IMG/VR virus record: IMGVR_UViG_3300010288_000109
Origin: a virus
Reading direction: 5' to 3' (one strand)
DNA length: 5,461 bases
Shown one piece after another: positions 5,333 to 5,461 of the stretch. The position numbers were made by a program, and so were the translations under genes. Position 1 is the first letter of the stretch. Each line of letters opens with the position of its first letter. The notes under the pieces are model-generated. The model made no database searches and was not told the origin of the DNA. It saw only the letters and a list, made by a program, of their open reading frames with translations.

Positions 5333-5338
5333 CCGGTC

Positions 5339-5461
5339 AACCCGTCGTGGGTTGTCACCGGAGCGAAAGATGATCAAAGTCGAAATCGAGTCCTCGGAAG
5401 TCCGCGAATACTCTGGCCATTCGAAGTCCACGGGTAAAGCGTACCATCTCCGCATTCAGAG
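5339..5461. repeat. Right copy of the exact 123-nt terminal direct repeat (identical to 1-123).
   Basis: Base-by-base identity with 1-123. Confidence 0.95.
5370..5461 (+). CDS. 5' part of the SSB gene again, truncated by the window end. It is the same gene as 32-322 after circularisation.
   Basis: It lies inside the terminal repeat and is identical to 32-123. Confidence 0.7.
   Translation, partial: MIKVEIESSEVREYSGHSKSTGKAYHLRIQ

Larger units (their letters stand above)
1..5338 (+). mobile_element. One complete genome unit of a small filamentous ssDNA phage (Inoviridae-like), circularly permuted. The gene set is SSB, Rep, small coat proteins, major coat, pIII-like, pVI-like and pI/Zot, plus a structured intergenic region.
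   Basis: The exact 123-nt terminal redundancy gives a 5,338-nt unit. All genes are co-oriented and tightly packed. The inovirus module content is recognisable from motifs: Walker A/B Zot, an approximately 50-aa mature coat protein and an HUH Rep. Confidence 0.85.
4988..5338 (+). other. Main intergenic region, and the candidate location for the replication origin(s) and packaging signal.
   Basis: No credible ORF is present. Hairpins or palindromes lie at 5008-5025, 5038-5050, 5136-5148, 5151-5165 and 5213-5237. A G5/G7 tract lies at 5241-5255 and a promoter sits at the 3' end. Confidence 0.55.

Noticed and set aside
1-5461. A check for CRISPR arrays, tRNA or rRNA genes, and IS-element terminal inverted repeats.
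   Set aside because: There is no regularly spaced repeat-spacer structure, no cloverleaf-like or rRNA-like segment, and no transposase ORF. The only long repeat is the terminal direct redundancy, which circularity explains.

Overview
The window is one complete unit of a small filamentous ssDNA phage (Inoviridae-like) plus a short overlap. Bases 1-123 are repeated exactly at 5339-5461, so the unit is 5,338 nt. This fits a circular genome or replicative form, or a tandem copy. All convincing genes are on the + strand and tightly packed, with 3-12 nt gaps or 8-nt start/stop overlaps.

Gene order: a sigma70-like promoter (5304-5332), then a Pf3/gene-V-like ssDNA-binding protein, a 73-aa unknown, and an HUH/Y-x-x-x-Y rolling-circle Rep. 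Next come a 111-aa signal-peptide ORFan and two tiny hydrophobic proteins (pVII/pIX-like; one is missing from the ORF track). These are followed by the major coat protein (pVIII-like), a 515-aa adsorption protein (pIII-like), a pVI-like membrane protein and a pI/Zot assembly ATPase. A roughly 350-nt GC-rich, hairpin-rich intergenic region closes the circle.

I see no secretin (pIV), integrase, repressor, dif-like site, tRNA, rRNA or CRISPR.

Points worth a second look:
- The pI/Zot homolog stops where its transmembrane and periplasmic domains should begin.
- A secreted ORFan is translationally coupled to Rep.
- There is a sharp GC trough inside the adsorption-protein gene, suggesting a mosaic origin.
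- The module order is non-Ff, with SSB first.
- The first ~63 codons of the Rep ORF are extremely GC-rich and structured, and may not be coding.

All family assignments come from motif reading and remembered sequences, not from searches.
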